From an uncultured Chitinophagales bacterium (GTDB lineage Bacteria; Bacteroidota; Bacteroidia; Chitinophagales; UBA8649), in contig CAWVRT010000009.1 in NCBI GenBank assembly GCA_963932515.1, positions 1,208 through 65,207 on the forward strand: a stretch of 64,000 nt of DNA. The letters run 5' to 3'. Position 1 is the stretch's first letter. Every line of letters begins with the position of its first letter. Shown here one piece after another: positions 49,910-59,390 of this stretch. A program made the translations under genes and the position numbers. The notes beneath the pieces are model-generated. The model did no database searches. It saw only the letters and a list, made by a program, of their open reading frames with translations, and was not told the DNA's origin.

Positions 49910-51187
49910 TTGGGGTTTTATTTTTCATATATTTTACTTATATTCTATATTCTAGGATTAGCTTTATTCGTTAAAAAATATTCTTTTTTTACTAGTAGTA
50001 AACTTTCTAAAAACAATATTGTTTTTCTAGCTATTCTAAAAATGATTGCAGGTATTCTGTATGTATGTTTAACAGCATACCAAACCAATGGCGGAGATAT
50101 TTTTGAATATTTTAAAGATGGTAATCTCATCTATGATCAGCTAAGCGTAAAGCCTAGTAATTATTTCAAATTGACTTTTTTTCCTAACAATGTGGCTATT
50201 CCTTTAGGAACTGAAACAGTTATTAAAGAAATGGGGTTTTGGGGCGATACCGGAGCTTATATGCTTGTACGCTTTAATGCTTTAGTAAGACTTTTCTCTT
50301 TGGGAAATATTTATATTCATAGTTTGTTTGCAGGATTTTTATCTTTTGTTGGTTCATTCCATTTACTAAAAGTTTTTGAAACACAATTCAAAACATCTAA
50401 AATTATTTTGTATAGTATTTTTTTAAGTCCTTCGCTCTTTTTTTGGACAGCTGGCATACACAAGGAGTTTATTTCTATACTCGCTTTAGGATTTATTTTA
50501 TATAACTTCTTTAAGCTTGTAGAGCAATTCAACAAAGCAAAAAACATTTTCATTTTCAGTATTGGTATCCTCTTGTTTTTTTATACAAGAAACTATATGT
50601 TGCTTGCACTAATTCCTTCTATTATAGCTTTTTCAATTCACAAAGTTTTTCACGTTCGGTTTCAAAGAGCAGTATATTTTAGTTTATTAGTATTAATAGG
50701 GTTTTTAAACTTTCAAAAAATACCTTCTTATAGCAAAACAGGATTTGAAGTTATCGTAGAAAAAAGAAGTCAATTTGAAGATTTAAAAACGGGTAATACT
50801 TCTATAGAATTAGCGCCAATAGAACCAACCTTTATCAGCTTAATGAAAAATAGCCCCAAAGCACTTTTCAATGCTATTGCAAGACCTCATTTTGGAGATG
50901 TTAAATCTTTTTTCTTAGCTTTAGCAAGTATTGAAAGCTTCATAATAAGCTTGTTATTCGTCATGGCTTTTTTCAATTTTCACAAACTAAATTTTAACGA
51001 AAGTAACTTAGTACTCTTCATGCTTATTTACGCTTTTTCTTTATTACTTATTATTGGTTGGATTGTTCCAAATCTTGGAGCCATTGTACGATATAGAAGT
51101 ATCTCATTAATTATTCTTATTCCGACTTTATTACACGTTGTTTTGAAGAATGAAAAAATTAAAAGCTTGATTAGGTTTTTCACGTGA
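49910..51187 (+). CDS. Hypothetical polytopic membrane protein (GT-C/Wzy-like)
   Basis: Many TM segments; GDIFEYF, PSLFFWTAGIHKE and PNLGAIVRYR motifs. Confidence 0.65.
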   Translation: MGFYFSYILLIFYILGLALFVKKYSFFTSSKLSKNNIVFLAILKMIAGILYVCLTAYQTNGGDIFEYFKDGNLIYDQLSVKPSNYFKLTFFPNNVAIPLGTETVIKEMGFWGDTGAYMLVRFNALVRLFSLGNIYIHSLFAGFLSFVGSFHLLKVFETQFKTSKIILYSIFLSPSLFFWTAGIHKEFISILALGFILYNFFKLVEQFNKAKNIFIFSIGILLFFYTRNYMLLALIPSIIAFSIHKVFHVRFQRAVYFSLLVLIGFLNFQKIPSYSKTGFEVIVEKRSQFEDLKTGNTSIELAPIEPTFISLMKNSPKALFNAIARPHFGDVKSFFLALASIESFIISLLFVMAFFNFHKLNFNESNLVLFMLIYAFSLLLIIGWIVPNLGAIVRYRSISLIILIPTLLHVVLKNEKIKSLIRFFT

Positions 51188-51283
51188 AGTTAAGAGATTC
51201 CGGCTAGAGTCTAACTAGTCTATATTAAGCTTATTATCGAGATCCTATCTATTTAAAAGAAAAATAAAAAAGCAGTGAATTAA

Positions 51284-52222
51284 TTAAAAATCACTAATTC
51301 TAATACTTTTATCTGTTTCAGTCGTTTTATCTTCGCCTTTTTTGTACCAAGTCCATTCTGCTAAAAACCGATCCTCTACTATTTTTAAATCTCTAGCAGC
51401 TGCTTTAGAAATTTTAATGAAAATATTACTTGACTCATCTTTACTAGGTATAGAACCTACTACTTTTAAGTAAATAACTTTATTATTCATTAAGTTTCTT
51501 ACTCGAATCACTTGTCCGCTTGCTATTCCTTTTACCAAAGCTAAATAAACGTCTTTTGAAGTACTTTGCTCTAAGAAGTTTCCAATACCTTTTTCTTTAT
51601 TAAAAGTCGCACCACTTTCAGCATAACCGTCATAAAGCATTTTATACATTTCAACATCTTTATTCGTAATTTTCAATTCAGAACCATCTACTTTAGTTAT
51701 TGGAGTATAAGCTTTACCATCTGTTGGTTCTTTCTTTGTTTTCTCCATTTTGTTATCTGTTAGGATTTCTTCTTTAGCAACATTCTCAGATTTATCTGTA
51801 AACAACGCATCCGCATCTACATTTTGAACAATCAACTTATCACCAATACCAATACTCGGAGTTGCTAATTGATTCAAATAAATCAAATCATCAATAGAAA
51901 TATTATATAATTTAGATAAACTGTATAAAGTTTGACCTTTTTCTACCATATGGTATTTATAATTCTTAACATCTAAGGTAGGTGTTGGTTTAGAATAAAT
52001 CTTTAAAATCATCCCTTCCTTCACAATCATATCTTTTCCCACTTGTGGGTTAAAACGCATCAAATCTTCAATACTTACATCATACTTTTTAGATAAAAAA
52101 TAAAGTGTTTGTCCTTTCTCAACAAGATGTTCAATGGTGTTAATACCACTTTGCGCCTCAACTTGCAACAATAGCATCGCTGCAAAAATTATCATACCTA
52201 TTTTTTTCATCATTGTCGTCAA
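51284..52222 (-). CDS. LysM peptidoglycan-binding protein (two LysM domains, DPBB/RlpA-like C-terminus)
   Basis: H.VEKGQTLY.LSK.Y occurs twice; C-terminal G.VIRVRN..NNKVIYLKVVG...IKISKAAA..L. Confidence 0.88.
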   Translation of the reverse strand: MTTMMKKIGMIIFAAMLLLQVEAQSGINTIEHLVEKGQTLYFLSKKYDVSIEDLMRFNPQVGKDMIVKEGMILKIYSKPTPTLDVKNYKYHMVEKGQTLYSLSKLYNISIDDLIYLNQLATPSIGIGDKLIVQNVDADALFTDKSENVAKEEILTDNKMEKTKKEPTDGKAYTPITKVDGSELKITNKDVEMYKMLYDGYAESGATFNKEKGIGNFLEQSTSKDVYLALVKGIASGQVIRVRNLMNNKVIYLKVVGSIPSKDESSNIFIKISKAAARDLKIVEDRFLAEWTWYKKGEDKTTETDKSIRISDF

Positions 52223-52265
52223 TTTTAATTAATTTTGGTAAAAATAAAAGAAACTCAATCGCTAT

Positions 52266-53639
52266 ATGTTAAAATCAAATTTCAAGTATTCACTTTTAAG
52301 TATTCTTCTGTTTAGTATAGTATGCAATTTGTATGCCATTCGAACAGATACTACACTAAACGATAAGATTATTTATAAATTTGAAATTCATCAAGAAATA
52401 GATCCTAGAGCAACAAGGATAACTGAAAAAGCAATTGCTCATGCAGAAGAAATTGGTGCCGATTATCTTTTATTAGACTTAAATACTTATGGTGGCTTGG
52501 TAGATGATGCCGATAAAATCAGAACCTCTTTAATCAATACTAAAATTCCAAGTATTGTCTTTATCCGAAACAATGCAGCCTCTGCTGGAGCATTGATTTC
52601 TATAGCCTGCGACAGTATCTACATGAAAGAAGGCTCTACTATTGGGGCCGCAGCGGTAGTAAATGAAGCAGGTGAAATAATGCCTGAAAAATACCAATCA
52701 TACATGCGAAACAAAATGCGTGCAACAGCTGAAGCGACAGGTAGAAACCCTGATATTGCAGAAGGAATGGTAGATCCTAAAATGGAAATAAAAGGAATCA
52801 CAACGAATGAAGAAATTATTACTTTTACAGTTAAAGAAGCTATTGAAAATGATTATTGCATAGCTAAAGCTGAAAGTATTGACGATGTCATAAAACTAGC
52901 AAATTTAGAAGGTTTTGAGATTATAATATACAAAATTTCTTCCGTAGAAGCAATAATTTCTTTTTTTGTAAATCCAGCTATTTCAGGCATTCTTCTATTA
53001 ATTATTATGGGTGGAATTTATTTTGAGCTACAATCACCAGGAATTGGTTTTCCGATTACTGCTACTATCATTGCTACTATATTATATTTCATGCCTCATT
53101 ATTTAGAAGGCTTAGCTGCTAACTGGGAGATTATTTTATTCTTTATAGGTCTACTTCTCTTGGCGGTAGAAGTCTTTGTTATTCCAGGGTTTGGCATTCC
53201 TGGTGTTTCTGGCATACTGGCGATAGTGACTAGTTTAGTTTTATCATTAGTTAGAAATATAGACGGTTTTGATTTTAGTTTTGTACCACAACACGAAATG
53301 GGCGTTGCTTTTCTAACTGTTTCTATAGTTTTAATAGCAGGTGTACTTTCCTTCTTTTTTGGTGGAGAAAAATTAATGAGCTTTACTTTTAGCCATTCAA
53401 GAATTGGGAATACTACTTCCCTTAAAAACGAAGACAACTTTACACTTTCTGGTATTAATGGAATGAAAACATTTATTGGTAAAGAAGCACTGGTTATTTC
53501 GGACTTAAGACCTTCAGGAAAAATAGCAATTGATAACGAAAGATATGACGCCATTTCTGATGGCGAATATATTGCAAAAGGAAGCTTAGTAAAAGTTATA
53601 AATGTTGATGAAGCTCGATTACTCGTTATCGCTATTTAA
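52266..53639 (+). CDS. NfeD family membrane-bound serine protease (ClpP class)
   Basis: LNTYGG, AASAGALI, IGAAAVV, TM bundle, C-terminal OB-like segment DLRPSGK. Confidence 0.92.
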   Translation: MLKSNFKYSLLSILLFSIVCNLYAIRTDTTLNDKIIYKFEIHQEIDPRATRITEKAIAHAEEIGADYLLLDLNTYGGLVDDADKIRTSLINTKIPSIVFIRNNAASAGALISIACDSIYMKEGSTIGAAAVVNEAGEIMPEKYQSYMRNKMRATAEATGRNPDIAEGMVDPKMEIKGITTNEEIITFTVKEAIENDYCIAKAESIDDVIKLANLEGFEIIIYKISSVEAIISFFVNPAISGILLLIIMGGIYFELQSPGIGFPITATIIATILYFMPHYLEGLAANWEIILFFIGLLLLAVEVFVIPGFGIPGVSGILAIVTSLVLSLVRNIDGFDFSFVPQHEMGVAFLTVSIVLIAGVLSFFFGGEKLMSFTFSHSRIGNTTSLKNEDNFTLSGINGMKTFIGKEALVISDLRPSGKIAIDNERYDAISDGEYIAKGSLVKVINVDEARLLVIAI

Positions 53640-53795
53640 AGTAATTCCTAAAAGAAACCTTATAAATAATTATCTTTGTAAAATTACTTATAGAATATGA
53701 GTGAAAATATAACCAATTGAAAAAAACTAAATTTGAAGCTTGTCTTTTATTTTACTTTATAAATACAGAGTCTGAAGATGAAATTAATTTTACAA

Positions 53796-54551
53796 ATGAA
53801 AATACTTGGAATAATTCCTGCAAGATACGCCTCTAGCCGATTTCCTGCAAAACCTTTGGTAGATATTTATGGTAAAACCATGATTCAAAGAGTTTATGAA
53901 CAGGCTAATAAAAGCTCTTTACTTTCTTACTTAGTAGTAGCTACAGACGATAAAAGAATTTATGATACCGTTAAATATTTTGGTGGCAATGTTTTTATGA
54001 CTTCAGAAAATCATAAAAATGGCACAGAAAGATGCGCAGAAGTTATCGATTTATTAGAGGGAAAATTTGATATCATCATCAATGTTCAAGGAGACGAACC
54101 ATTTTTTGAAAGTGATTCTATTCGTTTAATTACTGAGTGTTTTAAAGATAACGACACAGACATTGCTACTTTAGTAAAGAAAATAGATAAAGTAGAAGAC
54201 TTAGAAAACCCAACAGTTGTAAAAGCGGTAATTACTACTAACAATAAAGCATTATATTTTTCTAGATTGCCTATTCCATTTTACATAAATGATAAAACGG
54301 CTTCAAAAATTGAAAAACATACTTTTTATAAGCACATTGGAATATACGCATATAGACCTTCCGTTTTAAAAAAGATTGTGCTTTTAAATGAAAGTAATTT
54401 AGAAAAAGTAGAAAGTTTAGAACAATTACGTTGGTTGGAAAATGGCTACAACATTACGACCAACATCACAACACATGATAGTAATTCTGTAGATACGCCA
54501 GAAGACTTAGCCGCTTTACTGAAAATGTTTAGCGCCAATTATTTTAAATAA
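53796..54551 (+). CDS. kdsB: 3-deoxy-manno-octulosonate cytidylyltransferase
   Basis: IIPARYASSRFPAKPL, NVQGDEP, LEQLRWLE. Start moved to ATG 53796. Confidence 0.97.
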   Translation: MKILGIIPARYASSRFPAKPLVDIYGKTMIQRVYEQANKSSLLSYLVVATDDKRIYDTVKYFGGNVFMTSENHKNGTERCAEVIDLLEGKFDIIINVQGDEPFFESDSIRLITECFKDNDTDIATLVKKIDKVEDLENPTVVKAVITTNNKALYFSRLPIPFYINDKTASKIEKHTFYKHIGIYAYRPSVLKKIVLLNESNLEKVESLEQLRWLENGYNITTNITTHDSNSVDTPEDLAALLKMFSANYFK

Positions 54552-54565
54552 ATCAAACAATCCTA

Positions 54566-55456
54566 ATGAATATAAAACCTTGGATTCAAGCCGCAAGATT
54601 AAGAACTTTACCATTAGCTTTCTCCTGTATTATTAGTGGTTCAGCTATTGCTTTACAGCAAGATAAATTTGATATTGTCATTTTTATATTGGCTTTATTG
54701 ACTACTTTGTTACTGCAAATATTATCGAACTATGCCAACGACTATGGTGATGCCGTTTCAGGAAAAGACGATAACAGAATTGGAGAAAAAAGAATGGTTG
54801 CTTCTGGAGAAATCTCTAAAGAATCAATGAAAAAAGCTGTATTTACATTTGCAGGTTTGGCTTTTATTTCTGGCTTAGCATTGATTGTTTATAGTATAGC
54901 AAATTATATTATGGTTCTTGCTTTTATAGCTTTAGGTTTAGCAGCAATTTGGGCTGCGATAAAATATACTGCTGGAAAAAATCCTTATGGTTATTCAGGT
55001 TATGGAGATATGTTTGTTTTTATATTTTTTGGATTAGTTGGTGTATTAGCTTCTAGCTTTTTACATACGAAAGATTTTAGTTGGTTAAGTATTTTACCTG
55101 CCATTACGATTGGTGCATTTTCGACAGCAGTTTTAACGCTTAACAATTTAAGAGATATAAAAAATGATGCTTTAACCGGAAAAAATACAACTATTGTAAA
55201 AATGGGTTTCGATAAAGGGAAAGGTTATTTTGCTATTTTACTTTTTGTTGGAATAATAACTCTGATTGCTTATGCTATAATAAGTGGTTTTGCTAATAGA
55301 CAATATTTATTTCTATTAGGAATGATAAGTATAGCTGGAATCATAAAACGCGTATTAAACACAAATACACCAGCAGAAATAGATCCTTTCTTGAAGAAGA
55401 CTGCTATTAGTACTTTTTTAGTAAGTGTTTTGTTTTTTGTAGCAATGTTTTATTAA
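54566..55456 (+). CDS. menA: 1,4-dihydroxy-2-naphthoate prenyltransferase
   Basis: AARLRTLPLA, NYANDYGD, NNLRDI.ND...K.T. Confidence 0.94.
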   Translation: MNIKPWIQAARLRTLPLAFSCIISGSAIALQQDKFDIVIFILALLTTLLLQILSNYANDYGDAVSGKDDNRIGEKRMVASGEISKESMKKAVFTFAGLAFISGLALIVYSIANYIMVLAFIALGLAAIWAAIKYTAGKNPYGYSGYGDMFVFIFFGLVGVLASSFLHTKDFSWLSILPAITIGAFSTAVLTLNNLRDIKNDALTGKNTTIVKMGFDKGKGYFAILLFVGIITLIAYAIISGFANRQYLFLLGMISIAGIIKRVLNTNTPAEIDPFLKKTAISTFLVSVLFFVAMFY

Positions 55457-55458
55457 TT

Positions 55459-57087
55459 CTAAACCTGTACAACACCCACATTATAAGGTTTCATATCCGG
55501 ATTATGGTTTGCCATTTCTATTCCCATAGAAATTACTTTTCTTGTATCTGCTGGATCAATAACATCATCTACCCACAATCTAGAAGCAGCATAATAAGCA
55601 TTTGTTTCATTATCGTATTTAGCAGTAATTATTTTTAAGATTTCATCTTGCTCTTCTTGTGATGTCTCCTCTCCTTTTTTCTTCATAGAAGCCACTTGAA
55701 TTTGCATTAATGTTTTGGCTGCTTGTGCGCCTCCCATTACAGCAATTTTAGCCGTAGGCCAAGCAAAAATTAATCTTGGGTCATAAGCTTTTCCACACAT
55801 AGCATAGTTTCCTGCGCCGTAAGAGTTTCCCATAACAATAGAAAATTTAGGAACTACAGAATTTGCCATTGCATTTACCATTTTAGCACCATCTTTTATA
55901 ATACCGCCATGTTCAGACCTTGAACCAACCATAAACCCAGAAACATCATGTAAAAAGACTAAAGGAATTTTCTTTTGATTACAGTTCATAATAAAACGTG
56001 CTGCTTTGTCTGCACTATCAGAATAAATTACACCACCAAATTGCATTTCGCCTTTTTTGGTTTTGATAATCGCTCTTTGGTTAGCTACAATACCTACTGC
56101 CCAACCGTCTACTCTTCCGTAACCACAAAGAATTGTTTTTCCGTAGTCTTTTTTGTATTCCGTGAAATCAGAATCATCTAACAGACTATCTAAAACATCA
56201 TGTGTATCATAAGGTTTTAAGTTTCCTTCAGAAATATGTCCGTAAACTTCTTTCACTTCTTTTTTAGGTGCTATTGCTTCTTTTCTACTAAAACCAGCTT
56301 TATTGTAATCGCCCATTTTATCGACAATTTTACGAATAGTCATTAAAGCCTCTTCATCATTCTTCATTTTATAATCTGTAACACCAGATATTTCACAATG
56401 AGTAGTTGCTCCGCCTAAAGTTTCGTTATCTATCATTTCACCAATAGCGGCTTTTACTAAAAAAGAACCTGCTAAAAATATAGAACCCGTTTTGTCAACA
56501 ATCATAGCTTCATCACTCATAATTGGTAAATAAGCACCACCGGCAACACAAGAACCCATTATCGCAGAAATTTGTGTAATTCCCATAGAAGACATCACTG
56601 CATTATTTCTAAACAATCTTCCAAAATGTTCTTTATCAGCAAAAACTTCATTTTGCATAGGTAAAAAGACCCCTGCACTATCTACCAAATATATTATTGG
56701 TAATCTATTTTCTATGGCAATTTCTTGCGCTCTTAAATTCTTTTTAGCTGTAATTGGAAACCAAGCACCTGCTTTTACAGTCGCATCATTGGCAACAACA
56801 ATAGATTGCCTTCCTTCTATATAGCCAATTTTTACAACTACACCACCTGAAGGACAACCACCAACTTCTTCATACATTCCATCTCCGACAAGCGTACCAA
56901 TTTCGACCTGATCTCTGTCTTTATCTAACAACATTTCAATTCTTTCTCTTGCTGTTAATTTACCTTTAGCGTGTTGTTTATCAATTTTAGCTTGTCCACC
57001 ACCTAAATGAACGTCTTTATGCTTATATCTCAAGTCAGCTAATAAAAGCTTCATATTATCTTCATTCTTATTAAACTGCATGTCCAT
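55459..57087 (-). CDS. Acyl-CoA carboxylase beta subunit (methylcrotonyl-CoA carboxylase-like)
   Basis: GKLTARERI, ANDATVKAG, GSCVAGGAY, GAGNYAMCG. Confidence 0.92.
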   Translation of the reverse strand: MDMQFNKNEDNMKLLLADLRYKHKDVHLGGGQAKIDKQHAKGKLTARERIEMLLDKDRDQVEIGTLVGDGMYEEVGGCPSGGVVVKIGYIEGRQSIVVANDATVKAGAWFPITAKKNLRAQEIAIENRLPIIYLVDSAGVFLPMQNEVFADKEHFGRLFRNNAVMSSMGITQISAIMGSCVAGGAYLPIMSDEAMIVDKTGSIFLAGSFLVKAAIGEMIDNETLGGATTHCEISGVTDYKMKNDEEALMTIRKIVDKMGDYNKAGFSRKEAIAPKKEVKEVYGHISEGNLKPYDTHDVLDSLLDDSDFTEYKKDYGKTILCGYGRVDGWAVGIVANQRAIIKTKKGEMQFGGVIYSDSADKAARFIMNCNQKKIPLVFLHDVSGFMVGSRSEHGGIIKDGAKMVNAMANSVVPKFSIVMGNSYGAGNYAMCGKAYDPRLIFAWPTAKIAVMGGAQAAKTLMQIQVASMKKKGEETSQEEQDEILKIITAKYDNETNAYYAASRLWVDDVIDPADTRKVISMGIEMANHNPDMKPYNVGVVQV

Positions 57088-57268
57088 TTGGTTTGATTTT
57101 TATTGGCTTGCAAAATACAAAAAATTGAAATGAAAATATAAATTTTAAGCAAAATATTATTGTATCTGTTAAAATAAAATATTCATAAAGAAAAGACTAA
57201 CTATAATTGTTAATAATGAAATTCTAGCATCAAAAAATTCATTAAATTTGTAAAAATCAAAGAAACAA

Positions 57269-58150
57269 ATGGCTTCAGGAATATTAGTATTATTAGATGA
57301 CATTGCTGCAATGATGGATGATGTAGCCTTAATGAGTAAAGTTGCTACAGAAAAGACAGCAGGAATTTTAGGTGATGATTTAGCCGTAAACGCTGAAAAA
57401 GCAATGGGTTTTGTTTCTGCAAGAGAAATTCCAGTAATTTGGGAAATTACTAAAGGTTCCATTTTAAACAAATTAATTATTCTACCAGTTGCCTTTTTGT
57501 TGAGCGCTTTTTACCCTCCGGCTATAACAACAATTTTAATTTTTGGTGGATTCTATTTAGCTTATGAAGGATCGCATAAAGTTTTTTCGGTTTTTGTTCC
57601 TCACAAAAAAGAACATAGTACTGCTGATATTAAAAATCCTACACCAGAAGAAATTGTGAAATTTGAAAAAAAGAAAATTAAATCTGCCATTACCACCGAT
57701 TTTATTCTTTCTATAGAAATTATCATTATTGCTTTAGAAACTGTTCCTGTAGATTCTAATATTATAAATAAAATATTAGTTGTCTCATTTGTGGCTATGT
57801 TAGCAACAGTAGGGGTATATGGAATTGTTGCTTTAATTGTAAGAATGGATGATTTTGGTTATAAATTAATCAAAATGGCTGGCGATAAAAAATCAATTTT
57901 AAAAACGATTGGTGGTCTATTGGTTAAAGCTTTACCATGGGTAATTAGAATACTTTCTTTTGTTGGTACGGTTGCATTGTTTTTGGTTGCAGGTGGAATC
58001 TTTACACACAATATAGATTTCTTTCATCACCTTTTAAAAACTTGGCCAGCTGTGCTCAAAGATTTTTCATTTGGTTTAGTTATTGGTTTTGTGGTTTTAT
58101 TTTTATTTATGGTTGCAAAAGCTGTAATAAAATTAATTAAGAAAAAATAA
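57269..58150 (+). CDS. DUF808 family inner membrane protein (YedI-like)
   Basis: MASG...LLDDIA, KTAGILGDDLAVNAE, TDFILSIEI. Confidence 0.9.
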   Translation: MASGILVLLDDIAAMMDDVALMSKVATEKTAGILGDDLAVNAEKAMGFVSAREIPVIWEITKGSILNKLIILPVAFLLSAFYPPAITTILIFGGFYLAYEGSHKVFSVFVPHKKEHSTADIKNPTPEEIVKFEKKKIKSAITTDFILSIEIIIIALETVPVDSNIINKILVVSFVAMLATVGVYGIVALIVRMDDFGYKLIKMAGDKKSILKTIGGLLVKALPWVIRILSFVGTVALFLVAGGIFTHNIDFFHHLLKTWPAVLKDFSFGLVIGFVVLFLFMVAKAVIKLIKKK

Positions 58151-58224
58151 ACGCTTAAAAACTTACCTTTGCAGGACAATTCTTTTCAAAAAAGATAAAA
58201 TATAAATTACTAAAACACAAATAA

Positions 58225-59220
58225 ATGATAGTTGAATTAAAAAATGATGTTTCTATTGCTAAAGCAAACGAATTAGCAATCGCTACAAAATCGATATTAG
58301 TAGAAAATGAAAAAAATATTTTAGTTACTTATTCTAAAGTAAAAGAATTACCAAAAGAATTAGAAGCATATGCAGATGCATTTTTTGTAACAGATACTGA
58401 TTTACAATTAGCTAGTAGACAATACAAAAAAGAAAATGCTTCTGTAAAAATTGGAGATATTGAAATTGGTGGAAACACAAATAATACTTTGATGATGACA
58501 GGACCTTGTTCTGTAGAAAGTGAAGAACAAATAGAAACTGTTGCCAAATTCTTAATTAAAAACGATATCAAAGTTTTAAGAGCAGGATGCTACAAACCAA
58601 GAACTTCTCCTTATAGTTTTCAAGGAATGGGCTTAGAAGGCTTACAGCTTTTAGCTAAAATGAGAGAAAAATACGGAATAAAAGTTATTACTGAAGTAAG
58701 AGATTATTCTCATATTGAAGAAGTTATTGAATATTCTGACGTAATTCAAATAGGTGCAAAAGCAATGTACGATCAAGGAATTTTGAGAAGGTGTGGAAAA
58801 GCAAATAAACCAATTTTAATAAAAAGAGGCTTTGGTTCTACATTACAAGAATTTGCGCAAGCAGCAGAATTTGTAATGTCTGGTGGAAATGAAAATGTTA
58901 TTCTTTGTGAAAGAGGTATAAGAACTTTTGAAATGAATACAAGATTTACACTTGACTTATGTGGTGTAGCTTGGTTGAAAGATAAAACTAATCGCCCTAT
59001 TGTTTTAGATCCTAGTCATGCATTAGGTGCTAGATATGGTATTGCCGATTTAAGTAGAGCTTGTATTGCTATGGGAATTGATGGTTTATTGATAGAAACT
59101 CACCCAGACCCTAGTGTTGCCAAATCTGATGCTGCGCAACAATTAGACTTCGCTATGTTTGAAGAAATGAATGCAAGTTTAAAAGCCGTTGCTAATGCTG
59201 TTGGTAGAGTGATGATTTAG
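58225..59220 (+). CDS. aroF: 3-deoxy-7-phosphoheptulonate (DAHP) synthase, class I-beta
   Basis: GPCSVES, KPRTSPYSFQG, LCERGIRTFE, DPSHA, IETHP.P..AKSD. Confidence 0.92.
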   Translation: MIVELKNDVSIAKANELAIATKSILVENEKNILVTYSKVKELPKELEAYADAFFVTDTDLQLASRQYKKENASVKIGDIEIGGNTNNTLMMTGPCSVESEEQIETVAKFLIKNDIKVLRAGCYKPRTSPYSFQGMGLEGLQLLAKMREKYGIKVITEVRDYSHIEEVIEYSDVIQIGAKAMYDQGILRRCGKANKPILIKRGFGSTLQEFAQAAEFVMSGGNENVILCERGIRTFEMNTRFTLDLCGVAWLKDKTNRPIVLDPSHALGARYGIADLSRACIAMGIDGLLIETHPDPSVAKSDAAQQLDFAMFEEMNASLKAVANAVGRVMI

Positions 59221-59329
59221 GTTTTTTGCTTCTAGCTTTTGGCTTTTAGCAAAGTACTTATCTATTTTCTAGCTCAGTCGTGTCTTCTGTTACTTTTGTG
59301 TGTAACGCTATTTCAGGACAAAACAACAT

Positions 59330-59379
59330 ATTTATAAAAAAAGCTAGTAATGATATCATTACTAGCTTTTTTTATAAAT
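59330..59379. terminator. Bidirectional terminator (50-bp perfect palindrome) between aroF and tyrS
   Basis: ATTTATAAAAAAAGCTAGTAATGAT|ATCATTACTAGCTTTTTTTATAAAT, with a 7-nt U-tract on each strand. Confidence 0.88.
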
Positions 59380-59390
59380 GAAATCTCCAA

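Noticed and set aside
59330-59379. 50-bp perfect palindrome as a mobile-element end or recombination site
   Set aside because: Explained by a bidirectional terminator between convergent aroF and tyrS.
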